A DNA stretch of 64,000 bases, from the NCBI GenBank assembly GCA_038215615.1, contig JBBQQR010000001.1:96001-160000 (forward strand), in the 5' to 3' direction. The notes beneath the pieces are model-generated. The model was not told the origin of the DNA. It saw nothing but the letters and a program-made list of their open reading frames with translations, and ran no database searches. This stretch comes from Vulcanimicrobiales bacterium (GTDB lineage Bacteria; Vulcanimicrobiota; Vulcanimicrobiia; Vulcanimicrobiales; Vulcanimicrobiaceae). Both the position numbers and the translations under genes were made by a program. Positions 51,060 to 62,755 of the stretch are shown here, piece after piece (the stretch's first letter is position 1; the number at the start of each line of letters is the position of its first letter).

Positions 51060-52750
51060 AGCATCGTGCGCCGGCCGCCGACCGTGAAGCCAAGCTCAAC
51101 GCACTGCTTGCGCTCATCAACGAACGTGCCGGACACATTCTCGACCGGCGGCGCATTCTCGAATCACTGAGCGAAGACATCCGCGCCGCTTTCGGCGCGG
51201 ACCGCGCCGTCATTTACGGGCGCGGCGAAACTGCCGAAGACGCGAGTTTGCTTGCGTCGGCGCAGACCGAGCGCGCTTGGACGGCGCTGCCTCCCACGGC
51301 GAAGATCGCGCAAACCTGGCTGGACGAAGCTTTTAGCGGCGCGGTCATCACGCGGCCGCGCACGACCGTCGATCCGCGCGATGGATTGCTACGTTCGCTC
51401 GGCGCGGGTTCGGCGATCGTCGCCCCACTGGTCATCGAGGGGCGGGTGGAGCACGCCATCACCCTGCATTTCAACCGGCCCAACGCCTTCGATGAGATCG
51501 ACGCGCTGCTGCTGCGTTCGGTCGCGTCCCACGTGGCGCTGGCGCTGGCAAACGTGCAAGTTTACGATCTCGAGCGCTTGCGACGCACGCGTGCCGAATC
51601 GCTGGAGCGCGTTGTCCGCATGCTGCGCGACACGCGGACGACCGAAGAAGTCGTACTCGTGTTTGCGGTTACGGTTTCGCACGAAGTCAAAGTTGCTTGC
51701 GCCGTCTATGAAATCGATCGCACCGCGGCTGCGCGGCGGGCCGTGCGCACGTTGGAACCGGCGCGCCGCGGAATGCCGGCCCGCATAGAAGCGACGCATC
51801 TGCTGCCGAAGCTCGAGCGCGGCGAACTCACGCTTTCTTCGAAACTCCCCGAGACCGAACGCAAGCGGCTTTTCGGCACGAACAGCGGCGCGATCGTTCC
51901 GCTGCGCAGCGATGGCAACGTGTGGGGTTTCGTGCTCTACATGGGCTCGCCCGGAGCTTTTGACTGGGAAGACGTCGAGCGCCGAGTCTATCTGCGTACG
52001 CTGACTTCGCATCTGGAGCTCGCGCTCTCCGCCGCCATCGGATTCGAGCGCATCCAACAACTGGCGCGCGCGCTTTCGGAGAGCAACGAATTCAAAGACG
52101 ATCTGCTCGCGATGCTCGCGCACGACTTCAAGGGTCCGCTCACCGTGATTGCCGGATACTGCGAACTGCTACTCGAGAGTTCACCGCCGGCGCTGCACGA
52201 GGAACTCGAAACGATCTATTCGCAGACGCAGCGCTTGGTGCGACTCTCCGATGACGCCGTCGCACTGGCGCAAACGCAGGCCGCCGGATTCTCGTTGGAC
52301 CGCTCGGTTCTGGACTTGCGCGAAGTCGTCGGCGAAAGCGTCAAAGCGCGCAACCGTGGCGCCGACCGCATCCGTTTCGAGGCGCCCTCGCAGCCGGTTT
52401 CCGTCTCGCTCGATCCGGGCCGCTTCAATCACGTGCTCGATAATCTGCTCATGAACGCGCTGAAATATTCGGACGGGGAAGTTCTCGTGCGCGTGAGCCG
52501 CGGTGAAGAAAACGCGTCGATCGCGGTCACGGATCGCGGAATCGGCATTCCCAGCGAAGAGCTCGCGCAGGTCTTCACGCGCTTCGGCAGGGCCAGCAAC
52601 GCTCGCCGGAAAGGGGTATCGGGTTCGGGGGTGGGGCTGTACGTCAGCCGCAAGATCGTCGAGGTCCATGGGGGCAGCATCTCGGTTGCTTCCGCCGAGG
52701 GCCGCGGAAGCACGTTTACCATCTCGCTCCCGCTCTCCGACTCGCTCTAA
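51050..52750 (+). CDS. GAF-domain sensor histidine kinase (start uncertain, likely upstream of TTG 51248)
   Basis: [10 protein letters not shown]-box, [19 protein letters not shown]. Frame is open and GAF-like from about 51050. Confidence 0.85.
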   Translation: MALEHRAPAADREAKLNALLALINERAGHILDRRRILESLSEDIRAAFGADRAVIYGRGETAEDASLLASAQTERAWTALPPTAKIAQTWLDEAFSGAVITRPRTTVDPRDGLLRSLGAGSAIVAPLVIEGRVEHAITLHFNRPNAFDEIDALLLRSVASHVALALANVQVYDLERLRRTRAESLERVVRMLRDTRTTEEVVLVFAVTVSHEVKVACAVYEIDRTAAARRAVRTLEPARRGMPARIEATHLLPKLERGELTLSSKLPETERKRLFGTNSGAIVPLRSDGNVWGFVLYMGSPGAFDWEDVERRVYLRTLTSHLELALSAAIGFERIQQLARALSESNEFKDDLLAMLAHDFKGPLTVIAGYCELLLESSPPALHEELETIYSQTQRLVRLSDDAVALAQTQAAGFSLDRSVLDLREVVGESVKARNRGADRIRFEAPSQPVSVSLDPGRFNHVLDNLLMNALKYSDGEVLVRVSRGEENASIAVTDRGIGIPSEELAQVFTRFGRASNARRKGVSGSGVGLYVSRKIVEVHGGSISVASAEGRGSTFTISLPLSDSL

Positions 52751-52788
52751 AGCAACCCTCTTACTCGCCGGACGGTACTAGGAACGGT

Positions 52789-55365
<2,577 letters not shown>

Positions 55366-55400
55366 CGGGCATAGAGGAACGCGAGCGAAACCGGCCACCC
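55366..55400 (+). repeat. 35-bp repeat, left copy (inverted relative to 60191-60225)
   Basis: CGGGCATAGAGGAACGCGAGCGAAACCGGCCACCC; 32/35 identical to the reverse complement of 60191-60225. Confidence 0.85.
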
Positions 55401-55687
55401 CCCACCTCGCGCTGACACTTATCGTGGCGCATGTGTCCCATTTTTTCATGCGCTTACTCCGCTCTTATTAGCGTGCCTACCTTGCACCCGGTGTCATAAC
55501 CTGTGCACCGAAAATGAGCGCTTCCTGCTGCAACAAAACGTATGCCGTTGGGTGCGCCGCGCGCAAGAGCCCGACCCGCATCATGCTCATGTTACGCGAG
55601 TGCATCATGCGCACAGTGCGAGCATGTCGGCTTTGCCAGAGGCATCCAATATTGTACGATTGAAGTCGTTGGAGTGGATGAACGCGC

Positions 55688-56608
55688 GTGAAGTACTTAG
55701 CAAATCCCGGAATTCGCACCACTTTACTCTTCGCACTCGTCTGCTGGATTTGGGGCAGCACGTGGCTCGCGATCAAATTCGGACTTGTCGGCGTGCCGCC
55801 ATTCGTGGGCGCCGCGATTCGAATGGCCATTTCGGGCGTCCTCCTCGTCGCTGTCGCGACGCTGATGCGTGCGCCTTGGCCGCGAGGTCGAATCTACGTC
55901 GTTCACGTGCTCACGCAGGGCGTGCTTGTCTTCGGATTCCAATACGCGCTCGTCTATTGGTCCGAACTGACGGTGCCAAGCGGTCTCGTCGCGGTTTTGT
56001 TCGCAGTCAATCCGTTGCTGACAGCGTTCCTGGCGGCGTTCGTATTTCGCATCGAAACATTGGCGCTTGTGAACGTTGTCGGCCTGATCACCAGCTTTTG
56101 CGGCTTAGGGCTCATCTTTTCCACCGAAGTCTTCGCCGCCGCGCACGCCTCCGCCGCCGGAGCGCTCGCGGTTTTGGGAGCCTCATCCCTTGCGGCAATT
56201 GCGACCGTATTTGCAAAGCGCTACGCCCAGGGAATCCCACCGATTGCAACGGTCGGGCCGGGTCAGATCGTTGGAGCGCTGGTGCTCGGAGCGCTCGCGC
56301 TGTTCATGGAACGGGGGCAGCCGGTGCATTTCACGACAACTGCCCTGGTGGCGCTCCTCTACCTCACGTTTTTCGGCAGCACGATCGCGTTCCTTACGTA
56401 CTTCACGCTCATCCGGGTGATGACAGTGACGAAACTCTCGCTGCTCACGTACATCACTCCGGTGATCGCGGTTCTCCTGGGCTTCGTCTTCGCCCAAGAG
56501 AGGCTCGCGCCGCTTTCTTTCGCCGGCATCGCGGTCGTATTCATCGGTATTACGCTGGTGCACTTTAAGCCGCGCACGCGCTACATTAGCCTAGGGCCGG
56601 CACGTTGA
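55688..56608 (+). CDS. EamA/DMT family transporter
   Basis: IWGSTWLAIK, PSGLVAVL, YITPVIAVLLG...E. Confidence 0.9.
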   Translation: MKYLANPGIRTTLLFALVCWIWGSTWLAIKFGLVGVPPFVGAAIRMAISGVLLVAVATLMRAPWPRGRIYVVHVLTQGVLVFGFQYALVYWSELTVPSGLVAVLFAVNPLLTAFLAAFVFRIETLALVNVVGLITSFCGLGLIFSTEVFAAAHASAAGALAVLGASSLAAIATVFAKRYAQGIPPIATVGPGQIVGALVLGALALFMERGQPVHFTTTALVALLYLTFFGSTIAFLTYFTLIRVMTVTKLSLLTYITPVIAVLLGFVFAQERLAPLSFAGIAVVFIGITLVHFKPRTRYISLGPAR

Positions 56609-56678
56609 CGTTCGGCGGGGCGAAGGATGCGAACGAAGCCCGGTGTCGATGTCGTGCGTGAAGCGTTTCGAGGCTAAG

Positions 56679-57065
56679 TTACCGAGGACGGCCGAAAAAC
56701 AACACGTAGCCGTCAGCGTCTTCAAGCTCGAAGCCACGCAGACCGTCATGGGTATCTTGAAGAGGCACAGAAAAGGAAACACCGCGCGATGCAAATTCGG
56801 CCCCCAGCGCATCAGGATCGGGCACATAGACGTAGGCATCCCATCGCGCCGACGGGTTGCGCCTGCAGTTGGGTAGCGGTTCTTCGCCGACATCCTTGAC
56901 GAAGATCATCGCCCCGTCACGCTGCACAATTGCAAAAAGGGGCTCGTTATCGGGCTCCTGAAAGGCGATGTCGAAACCGAGCATCTCGTGATAGAATGAG
57001 AGTGCTGCTGGTACGTGTTGGACGATGAAGAACGGTGAGACACTGGTTATCGCTGGCACTGTCAT
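56679..57065 (-). CDS. VOC/glyoxalase (bleomycin resistance-like) protein
   Basis: SPFFIV...ALSFYHEMLGF, AYVYVPDPD, GLRGFELEDADGYVLFFG. Confidence 0.88.
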   Translation of the reverse strand: MTVPAITSVSPFFIVQHVPAALSFYHEMLGFDIAFQEPDNEPLFAIVQRDGAMIFVKDVGEEPLPNCRRNPSARWDAYVYVPDPDALGAEFASRGVSFSVPLQDTHDGLRGFELEDADGYVLFFGRPR

Positions 57066-57416
57066 GCATACCATCCTATTGAATTCGGAGCGGTCGCTTA
57101 GAACGCGAATGCGCGTGCACGCAAATTAATAAAAAATGCGGATGTAAGGTGAAAAGGAGTGGCTTCCAATGCTCCATGCCGGCCCGTATCACAGTCGGCT
57201 TCGGGCTTTCCGAGGATGCAGCCAAGGCCGCCCCATTAACGAGAGCCGCGCAACAAACCGTTAGAAGTAAGCCAAAAACCACGGCGCATTGCCAGATCCG
57301 TTCGTGCCCGGATAGGGCTTCTCCGGCATCCGATAGAGATGCGCGCTTTAATATTGAGACTGGCTGCGAGAACACGAAGTATTGCCGCTGAGCGACGACT
57401 TAAGTTTTTTGTAGCG

Positions 57417-58040
57417 TCAATACCACGCGTCGGCGACCTGCGTTAACTGGGCAAGCGTCTTAAATACTTCCGAGCTCGTTACTGAAACGTGCGAGGCAAG
57501 CGCGCCTTCAAGCGTTTGTTTGAGCGCGGACTCGAAGATGGCACGTCGACGGCGCTTGGCGTTGATCAACGCGTCGATTTGGGCGGGTTCGAGTTGTTTG
57601 GTAACGGTTTCGTTGACCTGAGCGCGCAACGCGTCGACGCCCGAGCGTGCGCGATCGGCGATGGCCGCGGCGCGTGTTCCATCGGCATGACTGAGTCCGT
57701 GCGCCGGTGGTGTGGAAGGATCGAGCGGGTCGAACCACCCGTAGGCGCGATCATAGCGCCGATAGAGCTCGGCGAGCTCGTGCAGCGCACGCTCGCGTGC
57801 CTCGTGGACTTTTTCGCGAAACGCCGCCATCGCCGACAGAATTGCGGCAGCTGAGTCGCGCGGCAATATTTCCTCGATCGTGCGCCGATACGCGCGGTCA
57901 GCGTCGTCCAGCGCGGCGACTGCCGGAATGAATCGCTTGCGCAACTCCGGCTCTAGATCCTCAAGTCGTAGTTGCGAACTCGTGGAGGCCGCCAGCGCAA
58001 GTGCGAGTGGCGGAACGGCGCGCTCGATCACTGCCTCCAT
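57417..58040 (-). CDS. Hypothetical alpha-helical protein
   Basis: 207-aa ORF, helical composition, AAGGA upstream; no family recognised. Confidence 0.6.
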   Translation of the reverse strand: MEAVIERAVPPLALALAASTSSQLRLEDLEPELRKRFIPAVAALDDADRAYRRTIEEILPRDSAAAILSAMAAFREKVHEARERALHELAELYRRYDRAYGWFDPLDPSTPPAHGLSHADGTRAAAIADRARSGVDALRAQVNETVTKQLEPAQIDALINAKRRRRAIFESALKQTLEGALASHVSVTSSEVFKTLAQLTQVADAWY

Positions 58041-58091
58041 GTTCGAGGAGTCCTTCCATCGTCCGTGTATTCCTGGCATATTGATAGGGTC

Positions 58092-58412
58092 TACGAGCGG
58101 ATCGTCCCTCCGTGGTTACCCGCCACCGCCGCGCTCGTCGCAGTGAGCGGCGCATTCGAAATACTCGGAGGCACGGGCGTCCTCGTACCGATAACGCGCA
58201 AAGCTGCGGGCATCGGATTGATCGCGTTGCTCGTCGCGGTGTTCCCGGCCAACGTGCACATGGCGACGCATTCTCACGCGTACGACATCGCTCCGCCGGT
58301 CGCGCTCTACCTACGGCTGCCGCTGCAAGCCGTACTCATCGCCTGGGTGTACGCTGCCTGCGTGGGCAAGCACTCGGAACGCGGCATGATGTGCCTCCCC
58401 AAGGTTGAATGA
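58092..58412 (+). pseudogene. 5'-truncated DoxX-like membrane protein
   Basis: YERIVPPWLP...SGAFEILGG...VFPANVHMA...RLPLQ family motifs; first TM and a plausible start codon are missing. Confidence 0.65.
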
Positions 58413-58419
58413 TGATTAC

Positions 58420-60162
58420 ATGAGCGAGAGATTTCGTATTACGATCATTTTGCTGGCACTCGGCGCGTTTGCGCTGGGCTGCTACGACCTCGCCAATCCG
58501 TACCGTCCGGGCCAGATCGGGTTCGATGGAACTTCTCTCAATAACGGTGACCTCACATTTGTAGCGCTCTATCCTGGAGCAGCAGCGGAAAGAGCCGGGA
58601 TCCGAATGGGCGATGTTCTCTTGATGAGCGCACTTTCGCCGCGCGAGCAGTTCGAGATGAATATGCGGCGCGCCGGCCAGTCGCTGCAGCTCCCGGTGCA
58701 ACGAGGAGCCAAACGGTTAACGTTTCATCTGGCAGCGGAAAAGGCCAAGAACAAGCCGGTTGAGCTCGGGCTATTAGACCTACTCTTCATTTTTGTCTTC
58801 GCGGCGACGGGCGTGCTCGTCGCCGTGCGGGGCGCGTCACGCATTGAGGTCAGAGCGCTGGCTTCATTGTTTGTTGCGGTGGCATGGGCATCGGCGCTAA
58901 GGTGGCTTTTCTTTGTCGCTCCGTCGCCCGCGCTGGCTTTCGTCGGGGCCATTGGAAGTGGCGCATCTCCTGGAAATGGCGCAACTCTCGCCGGTGGCGT
59001 CGCGCAGGCGGCGCTCGCGTATTTTTTGCTAGTCTTTGTCGGTCACTTCCCGCCAGGACCATCGCGTCTGCGCTCCGCGGTCGCTCGCATCGCGTTGCCT
59101 ATAGCCGCGCTCTTAGTGCTCTTTAGCCTGTGGAACGCCGCTCAAATCTGGCGCGCTGACTGGACGGTCTTCCAAATTGCCGGGATCGGTGGGTCCGCTT
59201 GGTTAAGCAGACTACTGAACAGCGTGGTCGTCCCGGTGCTCGTGATCGTTGCTTCAATCGATGGCCTCATGCATGTCGATGAGAACCATCGCGTTCAGAT
59301 GCGCTGGATCGGCATCGCGCTGATCGTTGCGGCGATTGCTCCACTCTACGGAGCCGGCTATGCGATGACGGGTCCGACCGCGGCGCCCCTCGTCGCGTGG
59401 TTTGGCATCTTTGGCGAATTGCCGATGCTCGCGATCGCATACGCGATTTTGCGCCACCGTATTGCCGACGTGAGTTTCGTTTTCAGTCGCGCGGCGACGT
59501 TTGCCATTATGTCCGCCGTCGTGCTCGTGCTGGTTGTGGCGTTGGAGTGGATCGCCGGGCAAGTTTTAGAGCGCGGCATCGGGGTGGAGGCGGCCAACGG
59601 AGTCGTCGGACAAGCATTGCGGTTAGCTGTTGCAGTGGGCGTCGGCTTGTCGGCCGTGCCGATTCTCAAGCTCGTGGAGCGGTGGCTTAATTCCGTATTT
59701 TTCGGAAAGAGAGCGCAAGCGTTAACAGAATTGCGAAGGTTTGCGCTGGAGGCGGACGTCGTAACGAACTCGGGTTCGCTACTGACGCTTGCATGCGATT
59801 CTTTGCGCGACAACACCGAAGCGCGGTACGCAGCGATCTATATGTCGGAAAATGGCGGTTACAGCAGGGTGCGCAGCTCCGACGAGTCGCCCCCGCCCGC
59901 GCTGGACCAAGATGACGCGACGATCGTTCGCCTGCGCCGCTGGAACGAGCCGTTTGAAATGAGCGTGGGAGCACATGCGCTCAGCGAGGCGCTGATGCTG
60001 CCCATGACGGTCGGCGGCTCGCTCCTGGGTGTACTCGTGTGCGGGCCCAAACGCGAGCGCACGCATTACCTGAATGAAGAAATAGAGGCACTCGCGTTGG
60101 TCGCACATCGGGTCGGCACGGCTTCGTACGTGCTCCAGCGCAACGGAAGTACGGGGGCGTAG
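58420..60162 (+). CDS. Membrane sensor-like protein: PDZ-like, multi-TM, C-terminal GAF; no output domain
   Basis: GAAAERAGIRMGDVL PDZ-like segment, about 9 TM, AYAILRHRIADV, LPMTVGGSLLGVLVCGPK...EEIEAL GAF then stop. Confidence 0.8.
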   Translation: MSERFRITIILLALGAFALGCYDLANPYRPGQIGFDGTSLNNGDLTFVALYPGAAAERAGIRMGDVLLMSALSPREQFEMNMRRAGQSLQLPVQRGAKRLTFHLAAEKAKNKPVELGLLDLLFIFVFAATGVLVAVRGASRIEVRALASLFVAVAWASALRWLFFVAPSPALAFVGAIGSGASPGNGATLAGGVAQAALAYFLLVFVGHFPPGPSRLRSAVARIALPIAALLVLFSLWNAAQIWRADWTVFQIAGIGGSAWLSRLLNSVVVPVLVIVASIDGLMHVDENHRVQMRWIGIALIVAAIAPLYGAGYAMTGPTAAPLVAWFGIFGELPMLAIAYAILRHRIADVSFVFSRAATFAIMSAVVLVLVVALEWIAGQVLERGIGVEAANGVVGQALRLAVAVGVGLSAVPILKLVERWLNSVFFGKRAQALTELRRFALEADVVTNSGSLLTLACDSLRDNTEARYAAIYMSENGGYSRVRSSDESPPPALDQDDATIVRLRRWNEPFEMSVGAHALSEALMLPMTVGGSLLGVLVCGPKRERTHYLNEEIEALALVAHRVGTASYVLQRNGSTGA

Positions 60163-60190
60163 CGGCTCGGGCGCGTTCGTCCTCGCGGAG

Positions 60191-60225
60191 GGGTGGCCCG
60201 TTTCGGACGCGTTCCTCTATGCCCG
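60191..60225 (-). repeat. 35-bp repeat, right copy (inverted), nested in a 64-nt hairpin 60165-60228
   Basis: GGGTGGCCCGTTTCGGACGCGTTCCTCTATGCCCG; enclosed by GCTCGGGC (60165-60172) and GCCCGAGC (60221-60228). Confidence 0.85.
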
Positions 60226-60259
60226 AGCGGCGGCTTAGGCCTCGATGGAGAAGCCCAAA

Positions 60260-60427
60260 ATGGAAAAAATCAGGGTCGTGCAGCAGAGTGGGATTGGATT
60301 GTTGTGGTTCGCCGGGTGGCTCTTTACGATCGGGTTTCTCCACTTGACGTTATGGAGCGGAGTCTTGGCGCTCGTTTTGTGGCCCTACGATTTAGGTGTG
60401 TATTTCGGCTCGCCGAAAGCGCCGTAG
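60260..60427 (+). CDS. Small membrane protein (55 aa)
   Basis: GGAG SD; Trp-rich two-TM sequence LWFAGWLFTIGFLHL..W..VLALVLWPY. Confidence 0.75.
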   Translation: MEKIRVVQQSGIGLLWFAGWLFTIGFLHLTLWSGVLALVLWPYDLGVYFGSPKAP

Positions 60428-60432
60428 CCGGG

Positions 60433-61908
60433 CTAGGCGGGCTTGATATACAGCTGCCGCTTGGCGTAGTCGAAAAACAGCTGATACTGCGATAGGACGT
60501 CGCGCCCTAAAATTCCGTCGTAGTCACTCAGGTTAAACGTCGACGAACTGGGAACGAAAACCGCGGCGTCGCCGAAATGAATTCCGCCGAACTGCAGATC
60601 GGTCAAGCGCCTGAGCTGCGCCGGAACCTCGCCGCCGACCGCGCTTAGACTCATCCCCTGCTCGAGGAGTGGCACCGACGACCTTAGCTTCCGCACATAG
60701 GTTTGGTAGGCGATAGTTCCCATCGCACCCGTATCCACTAAAAAGAATCCCGGGACTCCTTCGAACGAAGCCTGGACGCGCGGCACGCCGTCGTCCAACT
60801 GCAGCGGCAGCGCAAACGTTCCGAGGGCATGCGGATCGAAACCGGACGGATAGAGCGTAAGCGTCGACTTTTGAAAATCGATTCCGATAACCGCCGAAGC
60901 GATGAAATCGCAGCCCAAGATGCCGACGATTCGCGAGCCTTCGGCATAATGCGAAATCGGGACGACCGAAAATGCGACGTCATGCAGATGCAGCGGCCCG
61001 ACGAGCATATCGGGAACGCGCGTTCGCGATATGTTCACGTCGCCGCCGATCGTCTGATTGGTTAAGCCGTATGCTGACAGCCCGAGCTGGTGCGCGACGC
61101 CGGCATCGATCGCCAGCCCGGATGCGCCGGAGTCAAGGAGAAAATCTAATCCTCGTCCGTTCATCGTCACGCGCACGACGATGCCGCTTTTCGAGAAGGC
61201 GGCGGGAATGACGACCGGCTTATCGATTGTGTAGAGGGCGCGCGAGACCGGCATCGTCACGGGCGTGCTGCCCGCGGGCGCGCGCTCGATCGAAACCGTC
61301 TCGGTTACCGTGTCGTTTTGCGGGCGCCCGTCGTAGTTGTGGATGCGAAACGGCCTTACGCTCCCGAAGACGGGACGGTAATCGCTGAACTCCGTGACGT
61401 GTTGATGCATGTCGGCATCGAACGTTATGAACCGGTTGACCAGAAACGTCCTGGCGTCGTAATAGCGCAGTTGATCGCTTCCGTCCGGCGGATTGGCTTC
61501 GATGACGTACTCTTGAGGCTGCGTCTGCGTCAGGCCGAGAACCGTGACGCGGTTGGCCGGATCCTCGGGATGCAGCAGCGCCCGGTTATTCGGGTCTACG
61601 AAGCGGCGGAAGTCGCTGCGAAGTAAAACGAGGCCGTTTTCGTCTTGGTTCCATCCTTGGCCGTTGTAAAACCCTGACGCGGTCGTGTATTCGCCATTCT
61701 GTACGACTGCGATGGAGTTTGCGCCGTCGATGCGGGTCGTGCGGACGCGATCCATTCCGCCGCCGCGAATGCGATCGATGATAACATAACGCCCCGTTGC
61801 GAGCGTTCCGCGCGCCGTTCTGCTTCTCGCCACGATCTCCGGTGCGCTCAGATTCGCGGGCAAGTACTGGACCATGAGGAGAACGGCTGCTGCGAGCAGT
61901 GCCCCCAT
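60433..61908 (-). CDS. Secreted retropepsin-like aspartyl protease with two catalytic half-domains
   Basis: FLLDSGAS...GILGCDF and FLVDTGA...GILGRD motifs; N-terminal signal and beta-rich domain. Confidence 0.85.
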   Translation of the reverse strand: MGALLAAAVLLMVQYLPANLSAPEIVARSRTARGTLATGRYVIIDRIRGGGMDRVRTTRIDGANSIAVVQNGEYTTASGFYNGQGWNQDENGLVLLRSDFRRFVDPNNRALLHPEDPANRVTVLGLTQTQPQEYVIEANPPDGSDQLRYYDARTFLVNRFITFDADMHQHVTEFSDYRPVFGSVRPFRIHNYDGRPQNDTVTETVSIERAPAGSTPVTMPVSRALYTIDKPVVIPAAFSKSGIVVRVTMNGRGLDFLLDSGASGLAIDAGVAHQLGLSAYGLTNQTIGGDVNISRTRVPDMLVGPLHLHDVAFSVVPISHYAEGSRIVGILGCDFIASAVIGIDFQKSTLTLYPSGFDPHALGTFALPLQLDDGVPRVQASFEGVPGFFLVDTGAMGTIAYQTYVRKLRSSVPLLEQGMSLSAVGGEVPAQLRRLTDLQFGGIHFGDAAVFVPSSSTFNLSDYDGILGRDVLSQYQLFFDYAKRQLYIKPA

Positions 61909-61917
61909 GCGTCATGG

Positions 61918-62673
61918 TTAAGTGCGGCGCACCAAATCCCCGCCCAACGTCACCGCGTGCGCGTCGACGCTGACGTCGACTCCTGGGCCGCTGTCGCGCA
62001 GCGTCGTGGTGACGTTTCCGCCGGATCCGTTGTCATCGGAGATGACCAGCGAACCGTCGGTGTTTCGCGTGACGGTTTCGCCGCGACCCAGCTGCATGGA
62101 CTGGCCGGCGGCCAAGCTCAGTGACTTCCCGTTGCGAAGCACCAGCGCGTGCCCTTGGTTGTCGAGCGAGACTTGCGTGGCACCGAAGTTCGTGCTGACG
62201 GCTACGCGCCGGTTCCACGTTACGCCGTTGGCGCCGGCGGGCGTCACCGAGGTGCCGATTTGAAAGCCGCCGCGAAAAGAATTGGAGTCGAGCAGGTCCG
62301 GGTGATCGTCCATGCTGTCGAAGCGCGACTGCTGCGTACCTTCGGCGGTAGTGCCGTCGAAGGCGAGGTGCGGATCGCCGGTCGACGAGGCTTGCGCCTT
62401 GCTGAAGAGCGGCTGCGCGTTGTTGCCTTGGCCGCCGATCGCCGAGAGCAGCTGCTGCAGCAGGTTCATGATCTGCCAAAGAAGCCCGTTCACCGCACCG
62501 CCCGCGCCCGCGGCAGACGGCCAATTCGGAAAAGGCGAATGCCGAATTCGATCGCCGTGCTTGGGGCGGCTCTGATCCGGCGGCGGTGGTGCGTCCAATC
62601 CGATAATGCCTCCGCCGTCCGCCGGGTTTTGAATGGCGCCGAAGAGCGAAGCCAGGCTCTGCTGAATCTGCAT
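61918..62673 (-). CDS. Hypothetical protein with a GDPH motif
   Basis: GGAGG SD, low-complexity Q/G-rich N-terminus, STGDPHLAFDG, beta-rich C-terminus. Confidence 0.75.
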   Translation of the reverse strand: MQIQQSLASLFGAIQNPADGGGIIGLDAPPPPDQSRPKHGDRIRHSPFPNWPSAAGAGGAVNGLLWQIMNLLQQLLSAIGGQGNNAQPLFSKAQASSTGDPHLAFDGTTAEGTQQSRFDSMDDHPDLLDSNSFRGGFQIGTSVTPAGANGVTWNRRVAVSTNFGATQVSLDNQGHALVLRNGKSLSLAAGQSMQLGRGETVTRNTDGSLVISDDNGSGGNVTTTLRDSGPGVDVSVDAHAVTLGGDLVRRT

Positions 62674-62755
62674 GCGGTCCTCCGTTTTCGTCTCTCATTC
62701 ACGCCGCGCAACCGTTTTGGAAAGGGCCGCCGTGCAAATCGCAGAAGGCGCGGGC

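Noticed and set aside
57076..57375. 99-aa minus-strand ORF with a signal-like hydrophobic stretch
   Set aside because: No SD or family motif and atypical composition; possibly gene debris, not supportable as a CDS
60165..60228. HDV-like or hammerhead ribozyme (TCCTCGC resembles the HDV L3 loop)
   Set aside because: Required P1 pairing is absent and there is no CUGAUGA core
55366..62755. Integron cassette array or prophage
   Set aside because: Genes are in mixed orientation, no attC-like RYYYAAC/GTTRRRY pairs, no integrase or phage genes
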